From Acholeplasmataceae bacterium (GTDB taxonomy: Bacteria > Bacillota_I > Bacilli_A > Acholeplasmatales > Acholeplasmataceae): 64,000 nucleotides of DNA. This document shows, piece by piece, positions 40,704 through 51,424 of the stretch. Below the pieces are notes generated by a model, which was not told the DNA's origin, made no database searches, and saw only the letters and a list, made by a program, of their open reading frames with translations. Each line of letters opens with the position of its first letter. Position 1 is the stretch's first letter. A program made the position numbers and the translations under genes. The stretch covers positions 672,001 through 736,000 of the forward strand of contig OY763415.1 of NCBI GenBank assembly GCA_963667565.1, written 5' to 3'.

Positions 40704-42197
40704 ATGAAAAAATTATTAAGAATGATTTTATCAAGGACATCTGTCATTCTTTTATTATTGTTGTTACAAATTGCTTTATTTTTTGTCATCTTACACTATA
40801 TCTCAAAACTCACATATGTTCACACCATTTTATATGTAATTAGTGATATTATTGTCGTTTATCTCATTTATAAAGAAGAAAATCCAGTTTATAAATTATC
40901 TTGGATCATTCCAATCTTAATCTTCCCACTCTTTGGTGGCCTCTTCTATTTATTTTATAAAAATAGAAATGTTAGTAAAAAAGTCATTAATCATTATTAC
41001 ATTTCAGAAAAAGAACGTTATGATTTTTTAAATCAATATCAAAAACAAAAAGTGAAAGAACATAAAATTGGAACATATCTTCACTCCATTGGTTGGATGA
41101 CTTTCAAACACACTTCTTCTTCATTTTTAGGTAGTGGTGAACTCATGTTTGAAAGTATGCTTGAAGCTTTAAGAAATGCTAAAAAATATATATTTTTAGA
41201 GTTCTTTATCATTAAAGAAGGCAAAATGTGGGATGACATTTTAACAATACTTAAATCTAAAGTTGAAGCTGGTGTTGAAGTATTTTTAATTTATGATGAT
41301 TTTGGCAGTTCAACACTTCCATATAAATATGCTAAAATGCTAAAGTCATATGGGATTCACGCCTATGCATTTAACCCCATGCGGATACATTTAAATTTCG
41401 CGATGAACTATCGCGATCATAGAAAAATAGTGATTATTGATGGTATTGAGGCTTTCACAGGTGGCATTAATATTGGTGATGAATACATTAATCTTGAACA
41501 TCCATTTGGCCATTGGTTAGATGCAGGTATTAAAATTAGTGGTTCTGCTGTTACATCACTTGTGATTAACTATGTAAACACACTAAAGTTTATGCATCAA
41601 GATACATTAAACATCGATGATTATGTTGTTAAAACATTTGATGAAAGCGAAAATCATGACATATTAATTCCATTTTCAGATGCTCCTATTGATAATGAAC
41701 TCACGCATAAAAATATTTATTTATCGATGATCAGTCAAGCAAAAAAAGAGATTTTAATTACAACCCCTTATTTAATTATTGATAATGAGTTAACAACATC
41801 GCTTAAACTAGCTGCTAGATCTGGAGTTAAAGTCAAAATTATTATTCCATATATCCCTGATAAGAAACTTGTCTTCTTAGTGACAGAAACCTATGCTGAT
41901 GAACTTGTCTCATCAGGCGTTGAAATTTATCGATATAAACCAGGTTTCATTCATTCTAAAATGATTATTGTCGATGATGAAATTGCGATGATTGGAACTG
42001 CAAACTTAGATTTTAGAAGTTTGTATTTACATTTTGAAAATAGTGTATATCTAGAAAATAAACAAACCATTAACGATATGCATGCGTGGTTTATAAAAAC
42101 TTTAAGTGATTGTGTACTTGCAAGTGATTTAAAAAAATCTAATGTACTTGTTAGAGCATTAAAAGTATTTTTAAGAGGATTTGCATCATTGATGTAG
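40704..42197 (+). CDS. cls: Cardiolipin synthase
   Basis: Two HKD motifs (HRKIVIID, HSKMIIVD) and N-terminal TM segments. Confidence 0.93.
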   Translation: MKKLLRMILSRTSVILLLLLLQIALFFVILHYISKLTYVHTILYVISDIIVVYLIYKEENPVYKLSWIIPILIFPLFGGLFYLFYKNRNVSKKVINHYYISEKERYDFLNQYQKQKVKEHKIGTYLHSIGWMTFKHTSSSFLGSGELMFESMLEALRNAKKYIFLEFFIIKEGKMWDDILTILKSKVEAGVEVFLIYDDFGSSTLPYKYAKMLKSYGIHAYAFNPMRIHLNFAMNYRDHRKIVIIDGIEAFTGGINIGDEYINLEHPFGHWLDAGIKISGSAVTSLVINYVNTLKFMHQDTLNIDDYVVKTFDESENHDILIPFSDAPIDNELTHKNIYLSMISQAKKEILITTPYLIIDNELTTSLKLAARSGVKVKIIIPYIPDKKLVFLVTETYADELVSSGVEIYRYKPGFIHSKMIIVDDEIAMIGTANLDFRSLYLHFENSVYLENKQTINDMHAWFIKTLSDCVLASDLKKSNVLVRALKVFLRGFASLM

Positions 42198-42244
42198 AAA
42201 AAAAAGCATTTCGACTGAAATGCTTTTTTGTTTGTTTGATTGAA

Positions 42245-42943
42245 TTAACTTCTTCCAAAGCCTAACACACCAAATACAGAACCTGCAATAAAGAATATAT
42301 ACGCGATTAAATATAAGATGAGTGTAATCATTAAGTAGGTCGCACTTGCAAAGAAACTAATTGATGCAAATGCTGGTACACCAGCTGCAATAACTGCAAG
42401 TAATAAGAATATTGAACCTACTCTAAGTAATGTCACAGAGAATCTCTTAGGTTTCTTATTTGCAAATAATGCCCATAATAAGAACACTAGTGCTAAGACT
42501 GCCCCAGGTTGTACATATACTGAAGCATTGAGTGCTTGATCAATATATGAAGCAACATAACCTAAACTGTCATTGATAAATGCTGGTGCTGTTAGGACTG
42601 CCCCTGCAAATAATGATGTTGAATTTGCAATGGCTTGTGCATAGACAAAGACTAATAATACTGAGATTAATAATCTCAAGATTAATCCCTTTCTAAGGGC
42701 CCAAACTAAGAACAATAATCCAACAATAAGTCCTAGGAATGCATATTCATATACAGGAAATCCTAATTGACTGATGATATCTGAAACCATTTGTGCATAA
42801 GGCTCAGCAAATGCAATGATACTATAAGATGTATTGGCTAACACTAATTCACTGACGATGATTAACGATGATGCTAGTAACAAAATGAATCCAAGTGTTC
42901 TAACAATTTTACCAAAAACCCCATTACTAACGCGATTTTTCAT
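42245..42943 (-). CDS. Hypothetical membrane protein
   Basis: About 6 TM segments; SD upstream and terminator downstream. Confidence 0.75.
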   Translation of the reverse strand: MKNRVSNGVFGKIVRTLGFILLLASSLIIVSELVLANTSYSIIAFAEPYAQMVSDIISQLGFPVYEYAFLGLIVGLLFLVWALRKGLILRLLISVLLVFVYAQAIANSTSLFAGAVLTAPAFINDSLGYVASYIDQALNASVYVQPGAVLALVFLLWALFANKKPKRFSVTLLRVGSIFLLLAVIAAGVPAFASISFFASATYLMITLILYLIAYIFFIAGSVFGVLGFGRS

Positions 42944-43026
42944 AGATCCACCACTTTCCAAAATACTCTATTTTCTTTATATTTATTCTATCATATAAAG
43001 TGTGACATTATCAATTGATTTTTTAA

Positions 43027-44058
43027 TTAAATATCATTATTTACAGCTAAATCACCATCAACGATTAAATGTTGCTGTCTAAAGAGTAAATCAATGAAAT
43101 AAACGAGGATTGCACCACCGACAATCATAAAGATGACTGCAAGCCATGCATTAAGCGAGTAATTCATAGCTGATAGGGTACCTAATTGACCAACAAGTGC
43201 AGAACTTCCCATACCTGCACCAATAAATGTTGTTTGTGCATCAAGTGGTAATACAATGATAGGTGCTAATATCGCAGATGCGATGATTGTAGGTAACCAT
43301 ATGACTGGTTTTTTAAGAATATTTTTAAATTGTAACATAGATGTACCAAATGCAATCGATAAAACCATACCAATGTTATTATCTTTTCTTGATTGAATTG
43401 CAAAACCGATCATTTGAACGGTTGTACCTACTGCTGCTGCAGCACCTGCTAAACCATCAAGTTGAATGGCAATAGCGATAGCAGCAGATGATAGTGGTGA
43501 TGTGAGTAACATCCCCATAGCAACTGCTATTACGATAGACATTGGTAGCGGTGCAAATGCTGTTGCACTATCAATACCTATAGAGATTTCTTTTAATAAA
43601 TAACCTACTGGGCCACTAATCATTAAAGTTAAGACTAAAGCGACAAGCGAACCAACGATAGGAACTAAGACAATATCAACTGGTGTTTTCTTCACTAGGA
43701 CATATTTTAAGAACATGATCCCTAAAACGACAACTAAATATGTTGTTACTGGATCATTATTTGGTAATAAAACAAGTCCTGCACCAAATTGAAATTTAAA
43801 TGATGTTGCAATGCCACCCATGACTGAAGCAACGACCATTTTTAATCCATCCATCTTAAGACTTAAAGCGATACCGATACCAATACCGACACCCATTAAC
43901 CCTTTAAGAGCATTAGAAAGTGTTACAGAAATAAGTGAGATTTGCACGAGTGAACCGAGCTGACCAATAATCACACCAATGATGAGGGTTGCAAACAAAC
44001 CATAAACCATACCATTCATTGTTGTCATTACAAATTTTTTGAATCCCATGTTAAACAT
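43027..44058 (-). CDS. PTS EIIC-like membrane protein
   Basis: GLFATLIIG, SPLSSAAI, GTSMLQF.NI and AGMG. Confidence 0.82.
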   Translation of the reverse strand: MFNMGFKKFVMTTMNGMVYGLFATLIIGVIIGQLGSLVQISLISVTLSNALKGLMGVGIGIGIALSLKMDGLKMVVASVMGGIATSFKFQFGAGLVLLPNNDPVTTYLVVVLGIMFLKYVLVKKTPVDIVLVPIVGSLVALVLTLMISGPVGYLLKEISIGIDSATAFAPLPMSIVIAVAMGMLLTSPLSSAAIAIAIQLDGLAGAAAAVGTTVQMIGFAIQSRKDNNIGMVLSIAFGTSMLQFKNILKKPVIWLPTIIASAILAPIIVLPLDAQTTFIGAGMGSSALVGQLGTLSAMNYSLNAWLAVIFMIVGGAILVYFIDLLFRQQHLIVDGDLAVNNDI

Positions 44059-44182
44059 GAAGCATCTTCCTTTCTATTTTCGCGACTTAAATCACGACCA
44101 TTATGATTTTATCATGTTTTTTAGCAACTGTTCACTATTTTTGATTGTTTTTATATATAATAGATATATACGAGGTGTTCAA

Positions 44183-44761
44183 ATGAGAAAAAATACCAAA
44201 AGCTATTTACGACAAATCTATCAATATGATGAGATGGATAAAACATATTTAATTGATGTTTCTTTAGACAATTATAAAGAAATTTTTAATGATTGGGATG
44301 CAGCACCTATTAAGAAAAAAGCGATGAATCCTGAATTAGAAACTTTTTTGGAAGATTCATCTTATGATTTACCTTTAAAACAAAAAGTTAAGATTGTCTT
44401 TGCTGTTCCAGAGCATATTAAAGATCAGCAAATTGAAATTCAACATATTGATGCATTTAAAAATTATTATCGTGCACTCATCCATTTTTTGAATCGTGAA
44501 ATGAATATCAATTACAGAAAAATCTTTATTTATATCTTTTTAGGGTTTTCATTAATTGTGACATCAACACTTCTTTCAAATGTCTCTTCAACCAGTCTTC
44601 TACTTGAAATATTAGCTCAAGGCATCTTCGTTGGAGGTTGGGTTTTATTATGGGAATCATTTTCACTTTTCTTTTTTGATATGTATGATCAAAGAGATAA
44701 GAAAAAAAGATATACAAGATTTATCAATAGCAAAATCATTTATCGTTACATTAAAAAATAA
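44183..44761 (+). CDS. Hypothetical two-TM protein
   Basis: IFNDWD..P and GWV.LWE; SD GAGGTG. Confidence 0.72.
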   Translation: MRKNTKSYLRQIYQYDEMDKTYLIDVSLDNYKEIFNDWDAAPIKKKAMNPELETFLEDSSYDLPLKQKVKIVFAVPEHIKDQQIEIQHIDAFKNYYRALIHFLNREMNINYRKIFIYIFLGFSLIVTSTLLSNVSSTSLLLEILAQGIFVGGWVLLWESFSLFFFDMYDQRDKKKRYTRFINSKIIYRYIKK

Positions 44762-44772
44762 AGGAGATTATC

Positions 44773-45273
44773 ATGCAAGATAAAATACAAAAAACACAAG
44801 CCATGCTTGATACATTCGACGAACAGTTTAAAACAGTCATATTAAGCACATTAACTGAAGATCAAACACCATTTGCATCTTATGCACCTTATGTAAAATA
44901 CAATAATGATTATTACTTTATCATTAGCAAATTAGCACTTCATTATACAAATATGCTCAATCATCCAAAAGCAAGTATTATGTTTATTGCTGATGAATCA
45001 GCAACCAACTCAATGTTTTTTAGAAAAAGATTATCTTATATGGTTGATGTTGAATTAGAAATTGATGATGATGTAATTAAAAACTTATTTATTGAGAAAT
45101 TCGGTGCATTAGTTAAACAGTTATTGCAAATGGATTTTTTAATTGGTAAATGTCATCTAAGAAGTGGTCACTTCATCGTTGGACCTGCTGGTGCTTACGA
45201 AGTTGATGGAAATCAGAAAGTTGTGGAACTTATGACTGGAAATAAAGGTATGGGTCATCCAAATATGAAATAA
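44773..45273 (+). CDS. Pyridoxamine 5'-phosphate oxidase-like (HugZ/HutZ-like) protein
   Basis: ILSTL, PFASYAPY, ISKLA.H..N and FIADE...F.RKRL. Confidence 0.8.
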   Translation: MQDKIQKTQAMLDTFDEQFKTVILSTLTEDQTPFASYAPYVKYNNDYYFIISKLALHYTNMLNHPKASIMFIADESATNSMFFRKRLSYMVDVELEIDDDVIKNLFIEKFGALVKQLLQMDFLIGKCHLRSGHFIVGPAGAYEVDGNQKVVELMTGNKGMGHPNMK

Positions 45274-45308
45274 AAAAATCCATCAAAACGATGGATTGTT
45301 TTTTTTAT

Positions 45309-45396
45309 TGGTCCCCGCAGCCGGGCTCGAACCAGCACGGATTATTCATCCACCAGATTTTGAGTCTGGCACGTCTACCAATTTCATCATGCGGGG
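45309..45396 (-). tRNA. tRNA-Leu (CAA)
   Basis: Acceptor stem CCCCGCA/TGCGGGG-ACCA, anticodon arm CCAGA-CT-CAA-AA-TCTGG, long variable arm and GGTTCGAG T-loop. Confidence 0.96.
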
Positions 45397-45567
45397 ATTA
45401 AATTGTTAATTGCTTCCATATTGTATCACAGTTCATATGTATTTTTCAATATATATCTACTCAAATGATTTGTATTGTTCAAGTTAGTAGTTAACTGTCG
45501 ATTAATCATGAGGAGATTCTTTATATCATATGCTATAATATTTGTAAAAAGCATTTTAGGAGGATTT

Positions 45568-46296
45568 ATGTTTACCGCAAAACATATTGTTTTTCTCATT
45601 TTATCACTTGTCTATTTAGTTTTATTATTGATGCTAACAAAGAAAAAAAATGTTAAGTTTGCTATCAAATGGTTTTTAGTGATTGGAATTATTTCTGAAA
45701 CCATTAAAGTTTTTTACTACATCGTCACAAATGATAATGGTAACTATTTACCTGCCACAGACTTACCTTTTCATTTATGCTCAATTCAAATCATATTTTT
45801 ACTCATTTTAAAAATGAGTGAAAACGAGAAATTGAATAAATTGTTGTTAGCGTTTATGATTCCCACAGGTTTATATGGCGGCCTAGCAGCACTTCTCATC
45901 CCTACTTCTTCATCAATTAATGGTTATTTAATCTTATCCATTCAATATTTCTTTTATCATGCAACACTTATGGCTTTTTCAATTCATATTATGAGACAAA
46001 AAGAAATTGTATTTGGTGTTAAAGATGTCTTTAATGTATTAAAGTTTTTAGCACTTATAGGTTTTATTGCTATTTATGTAAATGCTATTTTAGGATCAGA
46101 TACAAATGTTAATTTTATGTATGTGGTCAGACCTCCAATGAGCGGACTTCCTTATTTGAATTTAAATCAAGGATATATCATGTATATGCTTAAATATGCA
46201 ATTTTAGTAGTCGTGATGGTATTACTCACATATTATAAAGTTTTCATCAATGCATTAAAACTACATCTAGTTAAATTAAAAAGTGCTTCGCAATAG
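45568..46296 (+). CDS. YwaF-family membrane protein
   Basis: LPFHLCS, FFYH and NFMY motifs. Confidence 0.82.
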   Translation: MFTAKHIVFLILSLVYLVLLLMLTKKKNVKFAIKWFLVIGIISETIKVFYYIVTNDNGNYLPATDLPFHLCSIQIIFLLILKMSENEKLNKLLLAFMIPTGLYGGLAALLIPTSSSINGYLILSIQYFFYHATLMAFSIHIMRQKEIVFGVKDVFNVLKFLALIGFIAIYVNAILGSDTNVNFMYVVRPPMSGLPYLNLNQGYIMYMLKYAILVVVMVLLTYYKVFINALKLHLVKLKSASQ

Positions 46297-46312
46297 CAAA
46301 GCACTTTTTTTT

Positions 46313-47968
46313 CTACATTTCTTTTAGTGATTGAATACCTAATAAAGCGATGCATTCATTAATCACATGTTGTATCGTTTTAATGAAATATAAATTAGAA
46401 TTTAGAATATCAATTTCATCAACGATAACTCTTTGCTGTCCATAAAAACTGTTAAAAGCTTGTGCGAGTGAAATTGCATATTTTGCAATCACAGAAGGTG
46501 CATTTGTTTCTTTAGCTCTTAAGATTTGAGATGGATATTGATCTAGGAGTTTAATCACATCAAAATAATGATTTTCTTCATAAACTTTAGGATTTATTTG
46601 ACTCAAATCAATATGTTTGTCTTTGATAATTGACTCAATTCTAACACTACTATATTGCAGATATGGTCCTGTTTGACCTTCAAATTTAAGCATATTTGCT
46701 AAATTGAAATCAACATTTAAGTGTCTCTCGTTTTTTAAATCATTAAAGATGATTGCACCTATACCCACTGCTTTTGCGACTTCATCTTTATGATCTAATT
46801 TAGGATTTTTTTCAATGATTGCATCTTTAGCATCACTAATGGCTTGCTTAATCACATCTTCTAAACGTTTTGCATTACCACCGCGTGTACTCATTTTTTT
46901 ACCATCAAGCATGACAAGTCCAAAATTGACATGTTCGATTTCTACTGGATATCCAAGTAATTCTTTAACCGCATTTAATTGTTTGAAATGAAGTTGTTGT
47001 TCATTTCCTACAACATATAAGATCTTCTTAGCACCATATGTTAAATATCGATATTTAATCGCTGCTAAATCTCTTGTAATATAAAGTGTTGCTCCATCAG
47101 AACGTTTAATGAGTGCTGGTGGCATATCATCACCTAATTCGACAATGGTAGCACCTTCATCAATTTTAAGTAATCCTTTTTGATCTAACTCATCAACGAT
47201 TTCATCCATTTTATCATTATAAAAAGCTTCACCATTATATGAATCAAATGACACATTAAGCATTTCATACATTTGCATAAATTCTTCTAATGATAAATCT
47301 CTAAAAATTTGCCATAACTTAAGGTAATCTTGATCACCATTTTCAAGTGCTTTAAATACTTTTCTTGCTTCTTCTTCTAATTCAGGATGAAGTTTGACTT
47401 CATCATGAAATCCAACATATAAATCCTGCAATTTTTTAATTGGATCAACACTCAAATCAAGTGGTTCTGTTAGTCTTTCATAAGCAACAATCATTTTGCC
47501 AAATTGAGTACCCCAATCACCTAAGTGATTAATACCGACCACATGATAACCTGCAGTTTGATAAATATTTTTAAGTGCATTTCCAATCATCGTCGATCTT
47601 AAATGTCCTACTGAAAAGCTTTTTGCTATGTTTGGTGATGAATAATCAATACAAATCGTTTCATGCACATCTTCAAAATGTTTATCTAAATTAAGCTCTT
47701 CAAGCACTTTTTTTGCATATGTTGCTCTTTTTAAAAATATATTTAAGAATCCATTGATAAATTCAATGTGATCAATTTCATCATACATTAAATCCTCTTT
47801 GACTTGTTCAAAAATAACAAGTGGAGATTTTTTCCATGACTTAGCAAGACCAAATAAAGGAATGGCAAGATCTGCTAAACCATTTTTAGGTGATTCAACA
47901 ACAAAGGATTCACCTTGATATTTAGTTTCTAAATCCTGTTTTATGGTTTGTTTTAATAAATCAATCAT
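46313..47968 (-). CDS. argS: Arginine-tRNA ligase
   Basis: DYSSPNIAK, VGHLRST, HLGDWGTQFG and KMSTR. Confidence 0.97.
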   Translation of the reverse strand: MIDLLKQTIKQDLETKYQGESFVVESPKNGLADLAIPLFGLAKSWKKSPLVIFEQVKEDLMYDEIDHIEFINGFLNIFLKRATYAKKVLEELNLDKHFEDVHETICIDYSSPNIAKSFSVGHLRSTMIGNALKNIYQTAGYHVVGINHLGDWGTQFGKMIVAYERLTEPLDLSVDPIKKLQDLYVGFHDEVKLHPELEEEARKVFKALENGDQDYLKLWQIFRDLSLEEFMQMYEMLNVSFDSYNGEAFYNDKMDEIVDELDQKGLLKIDEGATIVELGDDMPPALIKRSDGATLYITRDLAAIKYRYLTYGAKKILYVVGNEQQLHFKQLNAVKELLGYPVEIEHVNFGLVMLDGKKMSTRGGNAKRLEDVIKQAISDAKDAIIEKNPKLDHKDEVAKAVGIGAIIFNDLKNERHLNVDFNLANMLKFEGQTGPYLQYSSVRIESIIKDKHIDLSQINPKVYEENHYFDVIKLLDQYPSQILRAKETNAPSVIAKYAISLAQAFNSFYGQQRVIVDEIDILNSNLYFIKTIQHVINECIALLGIQSLKEM

Positions 47969-48018
47969 AGATTGCTCCTTTATGTTAAAAAAAAGCACAA
48001 AGTGCTTTTTATCGTGTT

Positions 48019-48579
48019 TTATTCAGCAGTATAAGTGTTAATTGCAGCAATAGCATCATCAAAGAAATACTTAGCAGCTCTATTAACTAATTGCGTATCA
48101 CTTGTACCTTGTGAAACAAATGTTGCTTGCACTTCACCATTAATAAAGAATAACATTTGTGTTGAAAGTGTTGAAACTTCATAAACATCTTCTTGTAATT
48201 GATAGAAATTATCATCATCACCTGTTGGATTATAATAATAAATATGATCAACATATTGTGAAACATTTAATTCTTCATAATACTTTTGAAAAGCACCAAT
48301 ATAAGTTTGTGATGTTGAATTATCTGGACTTCCAATAAACACAAATAAATATTCGTCATTTTCAATCTTATCAACTAATTGTTTATAACTAATTTCATAA
48401 TAAGGATGATCCTCTGTGAAATCACTGTTTGCATTCGCGCTAAATTCATTATATAGTTTTTCTTGTCTTGATGGAATTGTGAGTAAAAACAACACAATCG
48501 CAATAACAACAATTCCGATTAATGTATATAAAACTTCTTTTGGTACTCTAGGTTCTAATTTATTATATTTATCTGCCAT
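48019..48579 (-). CDS. Membrane-anchored thioredoxin-fold-like protein
   Basis: One TM segment; FVFIGSPD pattern with no CxxC. Confidence 0.55.
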   Translation of the reverse strand: MADKYNKLEPRVPKEVLYTLIGIVVIAIVLFLLTIPSRQEKLYNEFSANANSDFTEDHPYYEISYKQLVDKIENDEYLFVFIGSPDNSTSQTYIGAFQKYYEELNVSQYVDHIYYYNPTGDDDNFYQLQEDVYEVSTLSTQMLFFINGEVQATFVSQGTSDTQLVNRAAKYFFDDAIAAINTYTAE

Positions 48580-48672
48580 GATAAACCTCCTGAATAGACT
48601 CTTATAGATTATAGCATAAATATAAATGATTATCAATTAAGAATTGATATAAATATATCACTTTTTTACTTT

Positions 48673-49950
48673 TCATTCAAAAATACGTATATATATATCA
48701 TCGACGTATCTTAAATAATATTTTAAGTTTAATTTGCTTTTATCTAATGCTTTGTTATATCTTTCATCATTTTCTAAGATTTCTAAAAATTGCTTTTTCT
48801 CACTTACTGCTTTTAAAGAGATACTTTGAATGATTGGATATGTTTCATCTCTGTCAAATCCTTGATCAATGAGCATATGCAAAACATTTTGAGCATAAAA
48901 GATACCTGATGATAAATTAATGTTTTCAATCATCTTATCTTCATATACCACCAAGTCTTTTAAAGTATTTTTATATCTTGTAAGCATATAGTCAACAAGC
49001 GAAGTTGAATCAACTAATGTAATTCTTTCAACAGATGAATGAGAAATGTCTCTTTCATGCCATAAAGCTATCGATTCAAATTCAGCAATCATATAACCTC
49101 TTAACAATCTAGATAGTCCAGAAATGTTTTCACTACTGATCGGATTTTTCTTGTGTGGCATCGCTGATGATCCTCTTTGTTTTTTAGCAAAGGGTTCACT
49201 GACCTCTTGAACTTCAGTTCTTGATAGATGTCTAATCTCAATTGCGATTTTTTCAAGTTCTGCTCCAATTTGTGCCAGTACAGATAAGTAATTAGCGTGT
49301 CTATCACGTTGCAATGTTTGTGTTGAAATCACAGCACTTTTAAGCTCAAGTTTTGATGAGACTAAACGCTCTAATTTTGGCGTATTTGCACTATAATTAC
49401 CAACAGCACCACTTATCTTACATACTTCGACATCTCTGGCTGCTTCATCAAAACGATGAAGTAATCTTTTCATATCTTCATACCACAATGCAAACTTAAG
49501 ACCAAAACTCGTCACTTCAGCATGCATGCCATGAGTTCTACCCATAATCGGTGTATCTTTATAAAGAAATGCTTTTTCTTTTAAAACTTCCATGAATTCT
49601 AATAGATCATCTCTAATAATTAAATTAGCATCTCTTAATAATAAACCATACGCACTGTCAACAACATCTGTTGATGTAAGCCCATAATGGATATATTTTT
49701 TTTCATGTTCTAGTGAATCCATCACTGATTTCGTAAATGCAATAACATCATGTTTTGTTTCAATCTCATAAGTTTCAATTGATTTTAAATCAAAAGTCGC
49801 TTTTTCTATTTTCTGATAAGTCTCTAAATCAAATAAACCAAGCTGATACCATGCATATGAAGCAGCTTTTTCAATCAAAAGATATTGTTTAAATTTATGC
49901 TCATCACTCCAAAGTTTTTTCATCACATCACGTTGGTAACGTTCAATCAT
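48673..49950 (-). CDS. purB: Adenylosuccinate lyase
   Basis: GRTHG and GSSAMPHKKNP. Confidence 0.97.
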   Translation of the reverse strand: MIERYQRDVMKKLWSDEHKFKQYLLIEKAASYAWYQLGLFDLETYQKIEKATFDLKSIETYEIETKHDVIAFTKSVMDSLEHEKKYIHYGLTSTDVVDSAYGLLLRDANLIIRDDLLEFMEVLKEKAFLYKDTPIMGRTHGMHAEVTSFGLKFALWYEDMKRLLHRFDEAARDVEVCKISGAVGNYSANTPKLERLVSSKLELKSAVISTQTLQRDRHANYLSVLAQIGAELEKIAIEIRHLSRTEVQEVSEPFAKKQRGSSAMPHKKNPISSENISGLSRLLRGYMIAEFESIALWHERDISHSSVERITLVDSTSLVDYMLTRYKNTLKDLVVYEDKMIENINLSSGIFYAQNVLHMLIDQGFDRDETYPIIQSISLKAVSEKKQFLEILENDERYNKALDKSKLNLKYYLRYVDDIYIRIFE

Positions 49951-49968
49951 GATATCATCCTTTCATTT

Positions 49969-51237
49969 TTAAAATACATTTAAGATTTCAACTGTTTGAT
50001 TTCGATCTGGTCCAACAGAGAACATTGCAATCTTCACACCGACAAGTTCGCTTAATGTGTTCAAATAAATTTGTGCATTAACCGGAAGATCTTCAAAAGA
50101 TGTCACTTGTGTGATATCTTCATCCCATCCATCAAGTTCTATGTATACTGGCTTGCAACGCTTATTGGTTTCAATATCAGCAGGCACATAATCAATGATG
50201 TCACCATCAAGTTCATAGTGAGTCACAATCTTTAATGTCTTAACAGTTGAAAGTACATCAAGTAATGTAATCGCTAAATAACTTAGCCCACTCACGCGTT
50301 TTGCGTGTCTCAAAACGACTGTATCAAGCCAACCAATGCGTCTTGGACGTTTTGTTGTTGTCCCATATTCATGCCCTCTTTCTCTGATTTCAGATGCGAG
50401 TTCATCAAATATTTCACTTGGAAATACACCTTCACCGACACGTGTTGTATAAGCTTTAGTTACACCAATAGAACCTTCTAATAACCATGGTGCTATACCT
50501 GTATTTACAGGTACAGAAGCTGCTGTTGGACTACTTGAAGTTACATAAGGATATGTACCATGTTCTATACATAACATAACACCTTGTGCCCCTTCAAATA
50601 AAACCTTTTTATCATCTTCAATGAGTTGATTCAATAATACACTTGTGTCAGTCACTAAAGGTCTTAACACATCAGCATACATCATAAATTCACAAATGAG
50701 TTGTTCAACATCAACTGTAGAAAATCCTGCTGATTTGAGAATTTCATTTTTTTCAGCGAGTTCTCTTTTTAAGTATGCCTGAAATAGTTCTTTATTGACA
50801 AACTCTGACATACGCAAACCAACTCTAGCATATTTATCTGTATAGGCTGGACCTATACCTTTATGGGTTGTTCCTATTTTTTGATCTAATTTTTTATTCT
50901 CATTGATTTGATCAATGATTTTATGAAATGGTAATACAACATGTGCACGATTAGAGACAAATAATTGATATTTATTTGTTATCTTTGATAATTCTTCAAC
51001 AAATCCCTTTGGATCAATGACCATACCATTTGCCATAACATTGATAATATTAGGATTTAGAATCCCAGATGGTAATAAATGAAGACTGTGCTTTCTTCCA
51101 TCAAATATGACAGTGTGTCCTGCGTTGTTTCCACCTTGATATCTAACGACCACATCGGCTTTCTGAGCTAAATAATCGGTAATTTTTCCTTTACCTTCAT
51201 CGCCCCATTGACTTCCTACAATCACAATTCTTTTCAT
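49969..51237 (-). CDS. purA: Adenylosuccinate synthase
   Basis: QWGDEGKGK, GGNNAGHT and EGAQG. Confidence 0.97.
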   Translation of the reverse strand: MKRIVIVGSQWGDEGKGKITDYLAQKADVVVRYQGGNNAGHTVIFDGRKHSLHLLPSGILNPNIINVMANGMVIDPKGFVEELSKITNKYQLFVSNRAHVVLPFHKIIDQINENKKLDQKIGTTHKGIGPAYTDKYARVGLRMSEFVNKELFQAYLKRELAEKNEILKSAGFSTVDVEQLICEFMMYADVLRPLVTDTSVLLNQLIEDDKKVLFEGAQGVMLCIEHGTYPYVTSSSPTAASVPVNTGIAPWLLEGSIGVTKAYTTRVGEGVFPSEIFDELASEIRERGHEYGTTTKRPRRIGWLDTVVLRHAKRVSGLSYLAITLLDVLSTVKTLKIVTHYELDGDIIDYVPADIETNKRCKPVYIELDGWDEDITQVTSFEDLPVNAQIYLNTLSELVGVKIAMFSVGPDRNQTVEILNVF

Positions 51238-51377
51238 ATGTACCTCTTTGCTATGTTTTTATCTATAAAAACAAAAATGGCTTTAGCCAAGTTGATTTTA
51301 GCATAGTTATTTATTTTAGTCAATTTAATATAAAATATCTAACATGAATTATTATTCACCTTTTTATTGTTACACTC

Positions 51378-51406
51378 TTGTGAAACGCTTACAAGTTATG
51401 TATAAT
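51378..51406 (+). promoter_or_regulatory. glgA promoter overlapped by a cre/LacI-type operator
   Basis: TTGTGA-17-TATAAT containing TGAAACGCTTACA (51381-51393). Confidence 0.65.
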
Positions 51407-51424
51407 GAAGTTGGGTGATGAAAT

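Noticed and set aside
45271..45480. tRNA-Leu as an integration site
   Set aside because: No integrase or duplicated tRNA 3' end seen.
51238..51360. Purine riboswitch upstream of purA
   Set aside because: Short leader with no aptamer signature.
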